Virus record (IMG/VR): IMGVR_UViG_3300010262_000137
Span: 1 to 64,000 of that record
Reading direction: 5' to 3' (one strand)
Origin: a virus
Lineage: Duplodnaviria > Caudoviricetes
Length of the DNA: 64,000 nt
In this document: in pieces, positions 1-9,975 of the stretch
Layout of the letters: each line of letters begins with the position of its first letter
Numbering within the stretch: position 1 is the stretch's first letter
Notes under the pieces: model-generated
Told to the model about the DNA's origin: nothing
Database searches by the model: none
Seen by the model: only the letters and a program-made list of their open reading frames with translations
Program-made: the position numbers and the translations under genes

Positions 1-159
1 AAATCATTAAAAATGATAGTGTCTTTTTGCGCTTTTTTTGAACGCAAAAGAAAAAAGAGAAAATTTTGACTATTAAATCAAACATTCTCTCTGTTATACT
101 GTCGTTAAATTGACGACATTGACTGGGCTGCCAGTTTTTTTTATTATAGATTTTGTATT

Positions 160-1032
160 TTATTTTTCTTCCATTTGTTGTCTTAGCATATTTACTAATC
201 GTTTCATATGTTGTTCAAACATAATATATAGACCAATATAAATAACTTCAGCAATAATACTAAAAGAAAATAAAATAACTGCAATAGATGCAAATGATCC
301 ATATACGTTAGAATAGTTAGATATAGTAAAATAAAACTCTAATCCTGCTAGTAAAATTGTTAATAAAAGACTTGCAATAAATGCTCCAGCCAATATATCT
401 TTCGTATTGACTTTTACATCAGGAATAATCTTGTATAGTAAAAATAATATGATAAAAAACATTAAGAAAAGATATATATCATCAAACATTATAATTTGAT
501 TTAATGGAAAAACAGAGTTGATAATTGGTAAAATACTCATTAAAGAAATAATTAAGATTAATAATATAAAAACAATGATTGTTTTGATAACTGAGAAAAT
601 GATTTCAAGAATGAAATGTCTTTCATGTTCGGGTGGAAATAAATTCTTTGTAATCGTATATAACTGATTAACTCCTTTGCTAACAACCCAAAAAGAAATT
701 CCAATCGCAATGATAGAAGACAATTTGATTTCTCTTGATTGTAAAGCATTAATAATAATTTCAGCAAATTTGGGATTTAAGAATTTATTTAAAAAATCAC
801 TTAAAAAAGATAAATCAAGATGTAATAAAGAACCAAGAAATGCAAAAATAGAACATATTGGAATAATAGACATAATAAGATAATAAGAAAAACATATACC
901 AGCATTGCTTGGTATCTTATAACGATAATCTAAATAACGATAAAAAACTTTGTTATAGATGTTCATAACAAATTCTTTCATACTTATCTCTCCCTTTGTT
1001 AATTCTAATTTTATTGTACTAAAAGCTATCAT
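160..1032 (-). CDS. YihY/virulence factor BrkB family membrane protein
   Basis: Multi-TM protein with AxxxxFYxxxSIIP-like N-terminal segment, YKIIPDVKV and YSNVYGSFASIAVIL motifs typical of YihY. Confidence 0.85.
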   Translation of the reverse strand: MIAFSTIKLELTKGEISMKEFVMNIYNKVFYRYLDYRYKIPSNAGICFSYYLIMSIIPICSIFAFLGSLLHLDLSFLSDFLNKFLNPKFAEIIINALQSREIKLSSIIAIGISFWVVSKGVNQLYTITKNLFPPEHERHFILEIIFSVIKTIIVFILLILIISLMSILPIINSVFPLNQIIMFDDIYLFLMFFIILFLLYKIIPDVKVNTKDILAGAFIASLLLTILLAGLEFYFTISNYSNVYGSFASIAVILFSFSIIAEVIYIGLYIMFEQHMKRLVNMLRQQMEEK

Positions 1033-1315
1033 ACTAGTACAGTTTTTTCGTGGTTTTTCATTATTTTATTGAGATGTTTATAATTAATATGGTGAAATGT
1101 TAAAAATCGAATAAATGATGATATAAAGGCACTTTTTACATTGTCTTTTTATAAAATAAATACCATATTTTTATAAATAAAGGGCTTACAATGAAAAAAA
1201 TAAAGAAAAATGAAGAAAAATGTAAAAAATTCAAAGAAAAATATTGTCAAATTTAAAATTTTGCATATACTAAAATAGTAGAATTTTTTGATGAATAGAA
1301 AGAGAGGACTATGAT

Positions 1316-1522
1316 ATGAAATTGAAAATTGATGATTGTATCTATGAATTGGTTAGAGATTTGCTTGTGAGTCATGATTCTTTAATTAAGGACGTCGAAA
1401 AAGAAAGAGACGGTGTAATCGTGACTTTGCATGCGAATGGATCACAAAGAGACTTAGAACAATTCTTGAGTAGTGGCCCATTACATACGTTTTGTGCATA
1501 TTCTACAATAACAAGAGTATAA
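1316..1522 (+). CDS. small hypothetical protein
   Basis: 68-aa ORF with AGAGGA RBS upstream. Confidence 0.55.
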   Translation: MKLKIDDCIYELVRDLLVSHDSLIKDVEKERDGVIVTLHANGSQRDLEQFLSSGPLHTFCAYSTITRV

Positions 1523-1625
1523 GAAATATCAGTTTTATTTCTTTGTGGTAAGTATGTCTTTTAAAAAAAATTAAAAAGTTGTTGAAATAAATAAATATAT
1601 ATGATATTATATTTGAGCAACTGAT

Positions 1626-1716
1626 GGAGACATACTCAAGAGGCTGAAGAGGTGCCCCTGCTAAGGGTATAGGTCGGGAAACTGGCGCGAGGGTTCAAAT
1701 CCCTCTGTCTCCGCCA
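1626..1716 (+). tRNA. tRNA-Ser(GCT)
   Basis: GGAGACA...TGTCTCC acceptor stem, anticodon arm TGCCC-CTGCTAA-GGGTA, long variable arm, GGTTCAAATCC T-arm, encoded CCA. Confidence 0.96.
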
Positions 1717-1750
1717 TTGTAATTGCCCTTGGCAGAAAACCCTATATATT

Positions 1751-1827
1751 GGTCTGGTAGTTCAGTTGGTTAGAATGCCGCCCTGTCACGGCGGAGGTCG
1801 CGGGTTCGAGTCCCGTCCAGACCGCCA
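1751..1827 (+). tRNA. tRNA-Asp(GTC)
   Basis: GGTCTGG...CCAGACC acceptor stem, anticodon loop CTGTCAC, GGTTCGAGTCC T-arm, encoded CCA. Confidence 0.97.
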
Positions 1828-1888
1828 ATTATAAATTAGACGAACTTTTTGTAAAAAAATATGTTTGTTTATATAGGAAATTATTTGT

Positions 1889-1932
1889 AAAGAGAGTACT
1901 TAGACATACGAGTCTACGTACTCTCTTTTTTT
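1889..1932 (+). terminator. intrinsic terminator after the tRNA pair
   Basis: AAAGAGAGTAC/GTACTCTCTTT stem with inner TAGAC/GTCTA stem, followed by a T tract. Confidence 0.75.
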
Positions 1933-1974
1933 GCGTTATAAAAAAACATTGATAGAAAGGAGAATTATTAGATT

Positions 1975-2316
1975 ATGGCGAAAAGTTTACCACCAGTTTC
2001 AACAAAATGTACAAGTGTTTATTTTTCAAAAGAAGAAATTGAGTATTTAGAATGGTTGAAATCTCAAATTGGTATTTCTAGCAGTAATAAGTTTATGCGT
2101 GTTCTCATTAATTTCTTTATGGAAGATGAAGATAAAGCTGTTGAGTTTTGTAAATATGCAATGGAATACTCAAAGATAAATGATTTAGTTCGTGTAAAAT
2201 ATAAACCTGAAGATGAAAAAACAAAACAGTTTAGAGATTTGTTTATGCAAAAGTATAACATTCCATTAAATGAAGCATTATCAATATTATTAGAAAATAA
2301 AGTAATTAAACCTTAA
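1975..2316 (+). CDS. hypothetical protein, possible ribbon-helix-helix DNA-binding protein
   Basis: N-terminal TSVYFSKEEIEYLEWLKSQIGISSSNKFMR resembles an RHH pattern; AGGAG RBS. Confidence 0.45.
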   Translation: MAKSLPPVSTKCTSVYFSKEEIEYLEWLKSQIGISSSNKFMRVLINFFMEDEDKAVEFCKYAMEYSKINDLVRVKYKPEDEKTKQFRDLFMQKYNIPLNEALSILLENKVIKP

Positions 2317-2352
2317 TGAATTATTACAATTATCTTAATCGGAAGGGGGAAA

Positions 2353-2838
2353 GTGAATTTGGACGTATTATTTGATTCTAAAGAAATGTATAGAGAAGCA
2401 AAAGAATTATTAGAATATTTGAATTTTGCTTTTAAAAACAGAATGAAATTTCAAATTATTAAAAACGAATCTGGATTCTTTGATTCAATTGTTGTTATTC
2501 CAAATGATAACTCTGTATACGATCAAATAATCACTTCTCGATCTGTATTAGTACCATCAAGTGAAATAAATGTTAAATCGTATGAAAATAGAATCTTAGA
2601 AGAAATACAAAAAATGCAAGATGAACAGCTTTGGATTAATAGTATTTTCTATTATATTATGCAACTACCCATCAGGGAAAAACACTATATCATAGCTCAT
2701 TATTTTGCAGAACAAACAAATCAAGAAATAATGGATTTTCTTGGCATTAAAAACAGAACATTAAATCAAATTAAATCTAATGCATTATTACATTTAGGTA
2801 TGTTAGTACCTGGAGGAATAAAAATTAAAAAGAATTAA
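2353..2838 (+). CDS. ArpU/RinA-like (sigma70 region-4 type HTH) transcriptional regulator
   Basis: C-terminal LPIREKHYIIAHYF...EIMDFLGIKNRTLNQIKSNAL matches a sigma-4-like HTH. Confidence 0.6.
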   Translation: MNLDVLFDSKEMYREAKELLEYLNFAFKNRMKFQIIKNESGFFDSIVVIPNDNSVYDQIITSRSVLVPSSEINVKSYENRILEEIQKMQDEQLWINSIFYYIMQLPIREKHYIIAHYFAEQTNQEIMDFLGIKNRTLNQIKSNALLHLGMLVPGGIKIKKN

Positions 2839-2855
2839 TAAATGGAGGAAAGCAC

Positions 2856-3719
2856 ATGAAAATTATTACAATTATGAACCAAAACGGTGGAGTTGCAAAA
2901 ACTCATACTGCTACAAATTTGGCACATGGTATTGGAAAGAAAGGTTTCAAAGTCCTATTAATTGATGCCGATCCACAAGCAACAAGCACTGATACTGTAT
3001 TGCAAATTGGAAATGAATTTAGAAAGCAAGAGATTGAAGAAGTAAGGAAAATGATTAAGGAAGGAATTCCAAAGTACAGGGCTTTAGAACAAGTGGTTTC
3101 TAAACCTAGCCCAGAATATGATTTGGCAGATGTATTTGATGATCCTGATATCATTGAAGAAGCTATTTATACAACACAAAATCCTAATGTTGACATAATA
3201 GCTAGTTCAATGAAACTAGATAATACAGATATGAAAATACGAGATGATAGAACAAGATCTAACATTACAATATTATCTGACGCATTAAAAAATGTAGAGG
3301 CAAAATATGATTTTGTTATTTTAGATGAAGCGCCTAGAAGTGATAACATAACATCCAACTCGTTGATTATCAGTGATCTTGTGATAATCCCTATAAAAAC
3401 AGACAGAAAGTCAATGAAAGGTTTTTTAAGAACGATTAAATCCATGCTTCTTATTCAAAAAAGAAACAAGGTAGATTTTGACTTTAAACTTTTATTGCAG
3501 ATGGTTAATAAAAATAGAAATGATAAATCATTGATAGAATTCTATCAAAGTGAATTCGCTGATGATGTTTTCAAACAAACAATAAGATTTCAAGCTAAAC
3601 CAATCAGTGATGCAGATTTTAACAATACATATGTTATAGAGAATGAAAAATCGAATGTTGCTAAAGATTATATGAATTTCATTGATGAAGTATTAGATTA
3701 TTTCAATCAGAAAGGATAG
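2856..3719 (+). CDS. parA: ParA/Soj family partition ATPase
   Basis: NQNGGVAKT deviant Walker A, LLIDADPQAT, YDFVILD, SDLVIIP. Confidence 0.9.
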   Translation: MKIITIMNQNGGVAKTHTATNLAHGIGKKGFKVLLIDADPQATSTDTVLQIGNEFRKQEIEEVRKMIKEGIPKYRALEQVVSKPSPEYDLADVFDDPDIIEEAIYTTQNPNVDIIASSMKLDNTDMKIRDDRTRSNITILSDALKNVEAKYDFVILDEAPRSDNITSNSLIISDLVIIPIKTDRKSMKGFLRTIKSMLLIQKRNKVDFDFKLLLQMVNKNRNDKSLIEFYQSEFADDVFKQTIRFQAKPISDADFNNTYVIENEKSNVAKDYMNFIDEVLDYFNQKG

Positions 3720-3727
3720 GTGCCATT

Positions 3728-4330
3728 ATGTATTATTTATTGCTTGATAAAAATTTAGAAGTAGTAGAAAGGTTAACAGCTGCACAACTCAAAGAACGTT
3801 TGAATAGTGATATTAAGCATTTCCTTTTATTTGAGGGAGTTCTAAATGGTTTTCAAGTTGTTGAGGATTATGAATGTGATGAACAATACAAATTTGTTAT
3901 GGAATCTAAAAAAAGAAAGTACTATGCATCTAACAAAGGGAATTTCTATTCAATCAATAAAATTGATCATAAAAGAACAAACTTAAATCCAAGTTGGAAT
4001 AAAGGTGTGTGTCGAGTTACTATGGGTGGTTATAAATATAACGTGGCCAGAGTTTTAGCAAAGCTATTTATAAAAGGATTTGATGAACATCAGATTGTAA
4101 GAATTAAAGATAGTCAAAAAAAAGTGACAGTAGATAACATATATATAGTGGGGCGTGAAGATTTTTTTAAGAATTATCCAAAGAAAAAAGTAGGTGTTTT
4201 TATAAATGATAAATGCATTGAAGAATATGACTCTGTTAAATCACTAGCCGAACATTACCATTACGATCCTTCATATATCAGCCAGCTTATAAGTAAAGAT
4301 AACAATAAAGGGAAGTTCAGATTTATATGA
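3728..4330 (+). CDS. NUMOD4/HNH/NUMOD1-like protein with degenerate nuclease motif
   Basis: YYASNKGNFYS (NUMOD4-like), VARVLAKLFI in place of VHRLVAxAFI, C-terminal EEYDSVKSLAEHY (NUMOD1-like). Confidence 0.5.
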   Translation: MYYLLLDKNLEVVERLTAAQLKERLNSDIKHFLLFEGVLNGFQVVEDYECDEQYKFVMESKKRKYYASNKGNFYSINKIDHKRTNLNPSWNKGVCRVTMGGYKYNVARVLAKLFIKGFDEHQIVRIKDSQKKVTVDNIYIVGREDFFKNYPKKKVGVFINDKCIEEYDSVKSLAEHYHYDPSYISQLISKDNNKGKFRFI

Positions 4331-4719
4331 TTTATCCTGGTATTGATATTGAAAGGACTAAGAGAAATACTGAAGTGGTTTTAAAAGGAATTAAACAAAT
4401 ATTTGGAATGAATTTATATTCTTTTCAATGTGATATTTCTAGTCATAATATTGGAGAAATAGATTTTGATCAAAATCTCATTATTCATTGTCCTACAAAA
4501 TACGACAAGGTTATACATAGTGTTTTACGAGCAGTTAATTTATTGGATTGGAACGAAAAATATATATTTATACAACATTTTGTATATGGTATTTCATTAT
4601 CGGATTTGAAAGTAGGAAGAAAGTGTGAATTAGAAATCAGTAATGTTTATTGTCATTATCAAAGATTAATAAAGAATATTGGATTACTTGTTAGTGAATT
4701 TATTGAGTATAGAGAGTAA
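4327..4719 (+). CDS. second ArpU-like regulator
   Basis: N-terminus like ArpU (IDIERTKRNTEVVLK); LDWNEKYIFIQHFVYGISLS helix-HTH-like C-terminus. Confidence 0.4.
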   Translation: MIYPGIDIERTKRNTEVVLKGIKQIFGMNLYSFQCDISSHNIGEIDFDQNLIIHCPTKYDKVIHSVLRAVNLLDWNEKYIFIQHFVYGISLSDLKVGRKCELEISNVYCHYQRLIKNIGLLVSEFIEYRE

Positions 4720-4733
4720 AGGAGGAAAATTAT

Positions 4734-5501
4734 ATGTCATTATTAGATACAGGGCTAGAAGTAGATGAACACATGGAAGGTTTGCTTGATTTATCACATT
4801 CTAAGAAAATTATCATGTTACCTTTAACACAGTTAGAACCAAATAAACTCAATCCACATTTTGATACAATAGATGAATTAAAACAATTTGCTGAAGAAAT
4901 CTATGAACAAGGTGGAATACGTGATCCGTTACATGTATATCACAGAAATAGTGATAACAAGTATGTAATATTAGGTGGACATAAAAGATATTATGCGTGT
5001 TGTATGAATAGAGACAAATACCCTGATGCACAATCAATCATTCCAGCTATTGTTGAGGATAATCCTGAAGATGAAGTACACGAAATCATTATGATAGAAG
5101 AACTCAATCAGCATCGAAATTATACTGATGAACAATTACTTGCACGTGCAAGAATTTTAAATGATGCCTATATTCAGTTGGTAGAACGAAATCAAAGACC
5201 ACCAGGTGAAAAAAGAAAATGGTTTGCCAAAAAATTAAATTGTGGAATTAAGAAAGCCGAACGTTTTATTCATATCATTGAAGGTCGATATGATGAAGAA
5301 GATACAAAATTAAAAAGCAACCAACCAAAATTCAAAAATTCACCTAATGTACAATTTGAAGATGTTAGAATTCATCTTCAGCGTAAATTAAAAACAAAAG
5401 TTAAGATTACTAATAAGACAGTTTCATTTTCTTATAGTAGTATAGAAGATTTTAATAGATTATTAGAATTATTAGGGTGTGAGAATGTTGTTAATGAATA
5501 A
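4734..5501 (+). CDS. parB: ParB/Spo0J family partition protein
   Basis: LEPNKLNP, GGIRDPLHV, YVILGGHKRYYA CTPase motif, HTH region, Spo0J-like C-terminus (KVKIT...FSYSSIEDFNRLLELL). Confidence 0.88.
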   Translation: MSLLDTGLEVDEHMEGLLDLSHSKKIIMLPLTQLEPNKLNPHFDTIDELKQFAEEIYEQGGIRDPLHVYHRNSDNKYVILGGHKRYYACCMNRDKYPDAQSIIPAIVEDNPEDEVHEIIMIEELNQHRNYTDEQLLARARILNDAYIQLVERNQRPPGEKRKWFAKKLNCGIKKAERFIHIIEGRYDEEDTKLKSNQPKFKNSPNVQFEDVRIHLQRKLKTKVKITNKTVSFSYSSIEDFNRLLELLGCENVVNE

Positions 5502-5754
5502 ATTATTTATTGCTAAAGGACATGGAATGTCAAATAAAGAATTTACTGAAGCTCTCATTCTCATTGTAATTATTATTATATTTATGTGTCTAATAGCTTT
5601 TATGGTTATTGGATGGATATATATATCTAAAAAAATAATGTTTCAATTAGGATTAAAAACAAGAAATAAAATCATCAATTATAGATCTAATAAAGAAAAG
5701 AGTGAAAAAGATGGAAAATCAAATAAAGAAAGCAATGTCAATCATCAAAAATAA
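5479..5754 (+). CDS. hypothetical single-TM membrane protein
   Basis: Long hydrophobic stretch ALILIVIIIIFMCLIAFMVIGWI. Confidence 0.5.
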   Translation: MRMLLMNKLFIAKGHGMSNKEFTEALILIVIIIIFMCLIAFMVIGWIYISKKIMFQLGLKTRNKIINYRSNKEKSEKDGKSNKESNVNHQK

Positions 5755-5923
5755 TAGATTAAGAATAAATGGAAAATTAATTACAGAAGAAGATATAAAT
5801 AAGGCAAATAAAAAAATAGAGAAAGAATTTAATGATGATTATTTAAGAGTCATGGATGAAGAAAAACTGTCAGCACTAACAGATAAAGCTCTGCAGGAGA
5901 ATTATTATGAAGATAATGAATAA
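5702..5923 (+). CDS. hypothetical protein
   Basis: ORF overlapping neighbours in operon-like fashion. Confidence 0.45.
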   Translation: MKKMENQIKKAMSIIKNNRLRINGKLITEEDINKANKKIEKEFNDDYLRVMDEEKLSALTDKALQENYYEDNE

Positions 5924-6560
5924 AAAATGGTTAAAATTGTTTCTTCTGTATTTTGTCGTATATCTCATTATTATTCCAAAAATTGTAAATGGATATCCAA
6001 CAAGTTTACAGGGAATTATTCTTACAATTGTGAGTGTTGGTTTCCTAATTGTTTATATACTTCTAAACAAAATCGTTTTTGATAATCTTCTTACAAAAAT
6101 AATTGATATTGCAGATAATTCAATATATGTAGGAATTATTTCAATTGTATTGTTATTTATCAATATTACCTGTTCTTTTTTTAAAATGAATTTATGCATA
6201 GATAATAATATAGGTTACACATCACTTATCAATAGCTATTACATTAATCCGATAATGGTAGTCTGCATTGTTGTTTGTAATCCTATATTAGAGGAACTGG
6301 TCTTTAAACATGTTTTGTTTGATCAAACAGAAATTTTAAAAGAGAAAAAGATTTTAAAAATAATTTTAATATCAGTAGTTTTCTCTATATTACATATTTT
6401 AAATGAAATTCTTGTATTTAATGTATATGCATTAATAGATTTTATTAATTATTTTACATTTAGCATAATTACTTTTCTTTCTTATACTAAAACAAATAAT
6501 ATTCTTTATCCAATCATGATTCATATGCTATGCAATGGTGTAGCAATTTATCTGATTTAA
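5907..6560 (+). CDS. CPBP (CAAX protease/Abi) family intramembrane metalloprotease
   Basis: PILEELVFK, FSILH and IMIHMLCN motifs. Confidence 0.85.
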   Translation: MKIMNKKWLKLFLLYFVVYLIIIPKIVNGYPTSLQGIILTIVSVGFLIVYILLNKIVFDNLLTKIIDIADNSIYVGIISIVLLFINITCSFFKMNLCIDNNIGYTSLINSYYINPIMVVCIVVCNPILEELVFKHVLFDQTEILKEKKILKIILISVVFSILHILNEILVFNVYALIDFINYFTFSIITFLSYTKTNNILYPIMIHMLCNGVAIYLI

Positions 6561-6561
6561 A

Positions 6562-6750
6562 TTGTCTCAATATAAATTTGTTGTCAATAGGAAAGAAAGC
6601 AATTATAGCTTTAGTAAAAAAATAAATCAATATATAAAAATATTATCTAAGGATTTCATTATAGAAAAATATATTTATCAGGAAGATGAATTTCATCATT
6701 ATACAGGAGCTGTTATTAAAATAAAAAAATCAAGAGGTAAAGAGGAGTAA
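6562..6750 (+). CDS. hypothetical protein
   Basis: Short ORF between co-oriented genes. Confidence 0.4.
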   Translation: MSQYKFVVNRKESNYSFSKKINQYIKILSKDFIIEKYIYQEDEFHHYTGAVIKIKKSRGKEE

Positions 6751-6757
6751 TTATCAA

Positions 6758-7465
6758 ATGTATCATAAGGAAATATATCAGTTCATGGAATTGTATAAAA
6801 ATAAAAGTCACTCTACAAGGAAAGGATATTTACAAGATCTTATCCAATTCAATAATTTTTGTAAGAAATATCAATTAAATTTTGAAAATGAGAAGTTAAT
6901 AGATAAGTATGTATCAAATATTTCCAATTTAAAGAAAAGTACTCAAAATCGTAAAATGAGAGTTATAGGACTATTTTATAATTATTTAAAAGATAATGGT
7001 GTGGTAAAAAAAGAAATTGACTATTCAAAATTTTGGATCAACAAGGAATTAAAAAAAGATAATAACTATAATTTAAAAGATAAAGATACTTTCTTTGAAA
7101 GTTTAGATTATAAAATTTCTACAAGTCCTACAAAAAATATACTCATAAGAGATAGGGCGGTTATTGCACTTCTTATAATTCCTAAATTAAGAAATAGAGA
7201 AATCAGTTTTTTAAAGTGGGATGATATCTGTATTCAAGATGACAATGTTGTTTTGAAATATAAACGTAATAATAAAGACGTTATGGTAACTGTTGAAAAT
7301 ATATACCTGGTACATAGCTTAAGAGAATATGAAAAGACTCAGGTGATAAAGGGTAGCTACTATTTTCAAACAAAATTTCATGGACAATACAGCGATCAAA
7401 GCATAAGGCTTACTTTAAAAAAATATGGTTTATTACCAAAAGACATAAGAAAAATGTATAATTAA
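6758..7465 (+). CDS. tyrosine recombinase-like protein, C-terminally truncated
   Basis: SAM-like N-domain (STRKGYLQDLIQF), box I RDRAVIALL...LRNREI; ends at PKDIRKMYN with no HxxR-LGH-Tyr box II. Confidence 0.65.
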   Translation: MYHKEIYQFMELYKNKSHSTRKGYLQDLIQFNNFCKKYQLNFENEKLIDKYVSNISNLKKSTQNRKMRVIGLFYNYLKDNGVVKKEIDYSKFWINKELKKDNNYNLKDKDTFFESLDYKISTSPTKNILIRDRAVIALLIIPKLRNREISFLKWDDICIQDDNVVLKYKRNNKDVMVTVENIYLVHSLREYEKTQVIKGSYYFQTKFHGQYSDQSIRLTLKKYGLLPKDIRKMYN

Positions 7466-7572
7466 TATTGCAATAAGCGAACAGTTGCGTTTGCGTGAAA
7501 ATTTAATATTCACTAAAGTTCCTTTAGTGTTAATGTATGACTTATTAAGGATAGAAAGGCAGATTACTTATT

Positions 7573-8613
7573 ATGAATGATTACTTTGGACAGTTTATTG
7601 ATTATCAATCAGTTCATTCTAGAAAAGAAATTGAAGAATTCTTAGAAATGGATGGGGTATATTCTAACATGACAAATTTTAAAAAGAAGGCAGAGTTGCT
7701 ATTAAATTATGAGTCAAAAAGAACCAGTGGTTCTCAAAAGATAATATATGCAGCTTCTTTAAGAGTTATGTTAATTAAGAACTTATCTAAAACAACTAAG
7801 CATGATATTGTTAAGAAATTTATGTTGCAGATACATCCAAAGATGAAAGATTTAATGTATCTATATCGTTTTATTAAAATTGGCAAAGGAGAGTATGTAG
7901 ATATTATTATATTTGAACGACAAGTTTTTAAGAAAACGCATTATGAATACAAAAAGTATAAAAGAGATATGTATATTAACAGTGAAACTGGTAGAACATG
8001 TAAGATAACTGATCCTAAAGCTGTACGTATTTGTAAGAAGGGTGATTTTGTTGTAGATAAACAAGGCAATAAAATTAAAATAGCAATTTCTATTAGTCCT
8101 AAAAAATATAGATATTTCAATTATAAGAATAATGAGGATAAAGAAATAAAAAAAGCTAATTTTATATTTTTAGTTCAGAAGTTAAAAAAATGTCTTATTA
8201 AAGCAATGTCAAAATTATCATTGAATAATCACTTATATTATACACTCAATCATAAAAGATATGATTGTGGAAATGATACAAAACGATTAAAAGTGTATAT
8301 ATATAATAATGCAATTAACCGAGTCAATTTAAAATTACATCAATTGCAAAATACATTCTATTATCGTGGCTTGTATTCTGAAAGGTTAGAGTCCTGGAAA
8401 CATTATGAAAAGATATTTTTCAGTTTAAGACAGATATTAAAAAATGAAAGTATTGTTTTTAATAATCAAAAGATTATTATTGATCCGTCATTAGAAAAGC
8501 AAAGTATAGGTATGTTTAGAACAGCTATGAATATGTTTGAAAGAATAGCAGAACAAAAAATCCAAACTTATTATTATGAAGAATTTTATGATCCAACACT
8601 GTTTGATTGCTAA
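7573..8613 (+). CDS. MobA/MobL (MOBQ) relaxase-like protein, degenerate
   Basis: Overall layout and the KKYKRDMYINSETGRTCK...KKGDFVVDKQG insert resemble Bacillota MobA/MobL proteins; EYVDIIIFER sits where an HxH...ER motif is expected. Confidence 0.4.
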   Translation: MNDYFGQFIDYQSVHSRKEIEEFLEMDGVYSNMTNFKKKAELLLNYESKRTSGSQKIIYAASLRVMLIKNLSKTTKHDIVKKFMLQIHPKMKDLMYLYRFIKIGKGEYVDIIIFERQVFKKTHYEYKKYKRDMYINSETGRTCKITDPKAVRICKKGDFVVDKQGNKIKIAISISPKKYRYFNYKNNEDKEIKKANFIFLVQKLKKCLIKAMSKLSLNNHLYYTLNHKRYDCGNDTKRLKVYIYNNAINRVNLKLHQLQNTFYYRGLYSERLESWKHYEKIFFSLRQILKNESIVFNNQKIIIDPSLEKQSIGMFRTAMNMFERIAEQKIQTYYYEEFYDPTLFDC

Positions 8614-8803
8614 GCATATGTTCAAAAATGTATATTTTCATTTTATATGAATTATTAAACAAAATAAGAAAAAGGAGAAATGAGTATATGATTTATATAT
8701 TTGTATTTATGTTAGGAATGATTTGTGGGGTGATATGTACTGCATTATGTGTTGCAGCTGCTAATGGAGATAGAAAATGTATTAAGTAATTGTTTGAAAG
8801 GGA

Positions 8804-9274
8804 GTGCTAGAAATGAAATTTACTATTGATATTGAAATTAATGATTTACAAAAAACAATGATTGAAAATGATGATAATTTTTTAGAGAAAATAAAGGATT
8901 TTATTGATTTTAATTATTATACAAAAGATATAAATCTAAAAGATTTAGAGTATTTATTAAAAGATTTACCAATAGATGTTATAAAAACAGATTTTGGCTT
9001 CTATAAAAACATTCAAACCAAGACACATTATTTGAATTATTTAGATTTCTTTGATAACGAACTAAAGTATATGGAATTCTATAATTATTATAAATATGGC
9101 AATAATGTAAGTAAAACATATTCTTTGTCACTTGAAGAAAGTGATAATGAAGAATATAACTATGAGATAGTTTTTATGCCAGAACGAAATTATAACACAG
9201 GAACAACGATATATTTTTATGTGACAGAAAAATATATAAAATGCATATACAATCAATATTATAAGGATGATTGA
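8804..9274 (+). CDS. hypothetical protein
   Basis: 156-aa ORF with GGGAG RBS. Confidence 0.5.
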   Translation: MLEMKFTIDIEINDLQKTMIENDDNFLEKIKDFIDFNYYTKDINLKDLEYLLKDLPIDVIKTDFGFYKNIQTKTHYLNYLDFFDNELKYMEFYNYYKYGNNVSKTYSLSLEESDNEEYNYEIVFMPERNYNTGTTIYFYVTEKYIKCIYNQYYKDD

Positions 9275-9300
9275 TAATTGGAATTTCTAGGAGGGATAAA

Positions 9301-9975
9301 ATGAAAAGAAGAGAAGATATTATATGTAAGATAAAAAAGTTAATGGCAATTGCTAATGATCCATCAGCTTCTGATCAAGAGATACAGCTTTCTACATATA
9401 AAGCAAGAAAGCTTATGATAGAATTTAAGATAAATGAAATTGACTTGATTGGTACTAAAGAAGATAAAGAAGTAGCACGTATAATTCTTAATGAACAAGG
9501 CAGTGGTTATATCATTTTTGTTTTAAATGCTTTAAGTGATCATTTTCAATGTAAGTTTGCATACATTGGAAAGATAATTGATAATAATTGTAAATTTGTA
9601 ATATATGGATTAAAAAATGATGTAGAAATAGCGAAAATTGTAGCTGATTCTCTTATATATTATCTAAATAATATGTTACATGATTTAAAGGAAAGTTATA
9701 TAGGTTATGAAGATTTTAGAATATATAAGAGAAGTTATTTACAAGGTTTTGCAAATGGTTTAGCTGCTTCTTTGAAAAATGCTTACATTGAAATGAAAGT
9801 GGATACGAAGTATGGATTAGCAGTTTATGGTGTTCCTGCGATAGTTGAACAAGAATTTACGAATAATGTTAATATTAAAAAAAGTAATTTTCAACGAGAA
9901 AGCGAAGATGCATGGCATTTGGGAAAAAAACATGGAATGGATTATAACATTAATAGATTTAATCTACTTAAATAA
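9301..9975 (+). CDS. DUF2786 domain protein
   Basis: N-terminal KIKKLMAIA...EIQLSTYKARKLMIEF motif; start moved to ATG 9301 after GGAGGGA RBS. Confidence 0.75.
   Translation: MKRREDIICKIKKLMAIANDPSASDQEIQLSTYKARKLMIEFKINEIDLIGTKEDKEVARIILNEQGSGYIIFVLNALSDHFQCKFAYIGKIIDNNCKFVIYGLKNDVEIAKIVADSLIYYLNNMLHDLKESYIGYEDFRIYKRSYLQGFANGLAASLKNAYIEMKVDTKYGLAVYGVPAIVEQEFTNNVNIKKSNFQRESEDAWHLGKKHGMDYNINRFNLLK

Noticed and set aside
1751-1827. tRNA-Asp or tRNA-Ser 3' end as the attachment site of the island
   Set aside because: No second copy of either tRNA 3' end was found in the window, so integration there cannot be supported; it may lie outside the window
7511-7529. CACTAAAG-TTC-CTTTAGTG hairpin upstream of the relaxase-like gene as oriT
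   Set aside because: Position is suggestive but it does not match the MOBQ or MOBV nick consensus I know, and the adjacent protein lacks catalytic histidines
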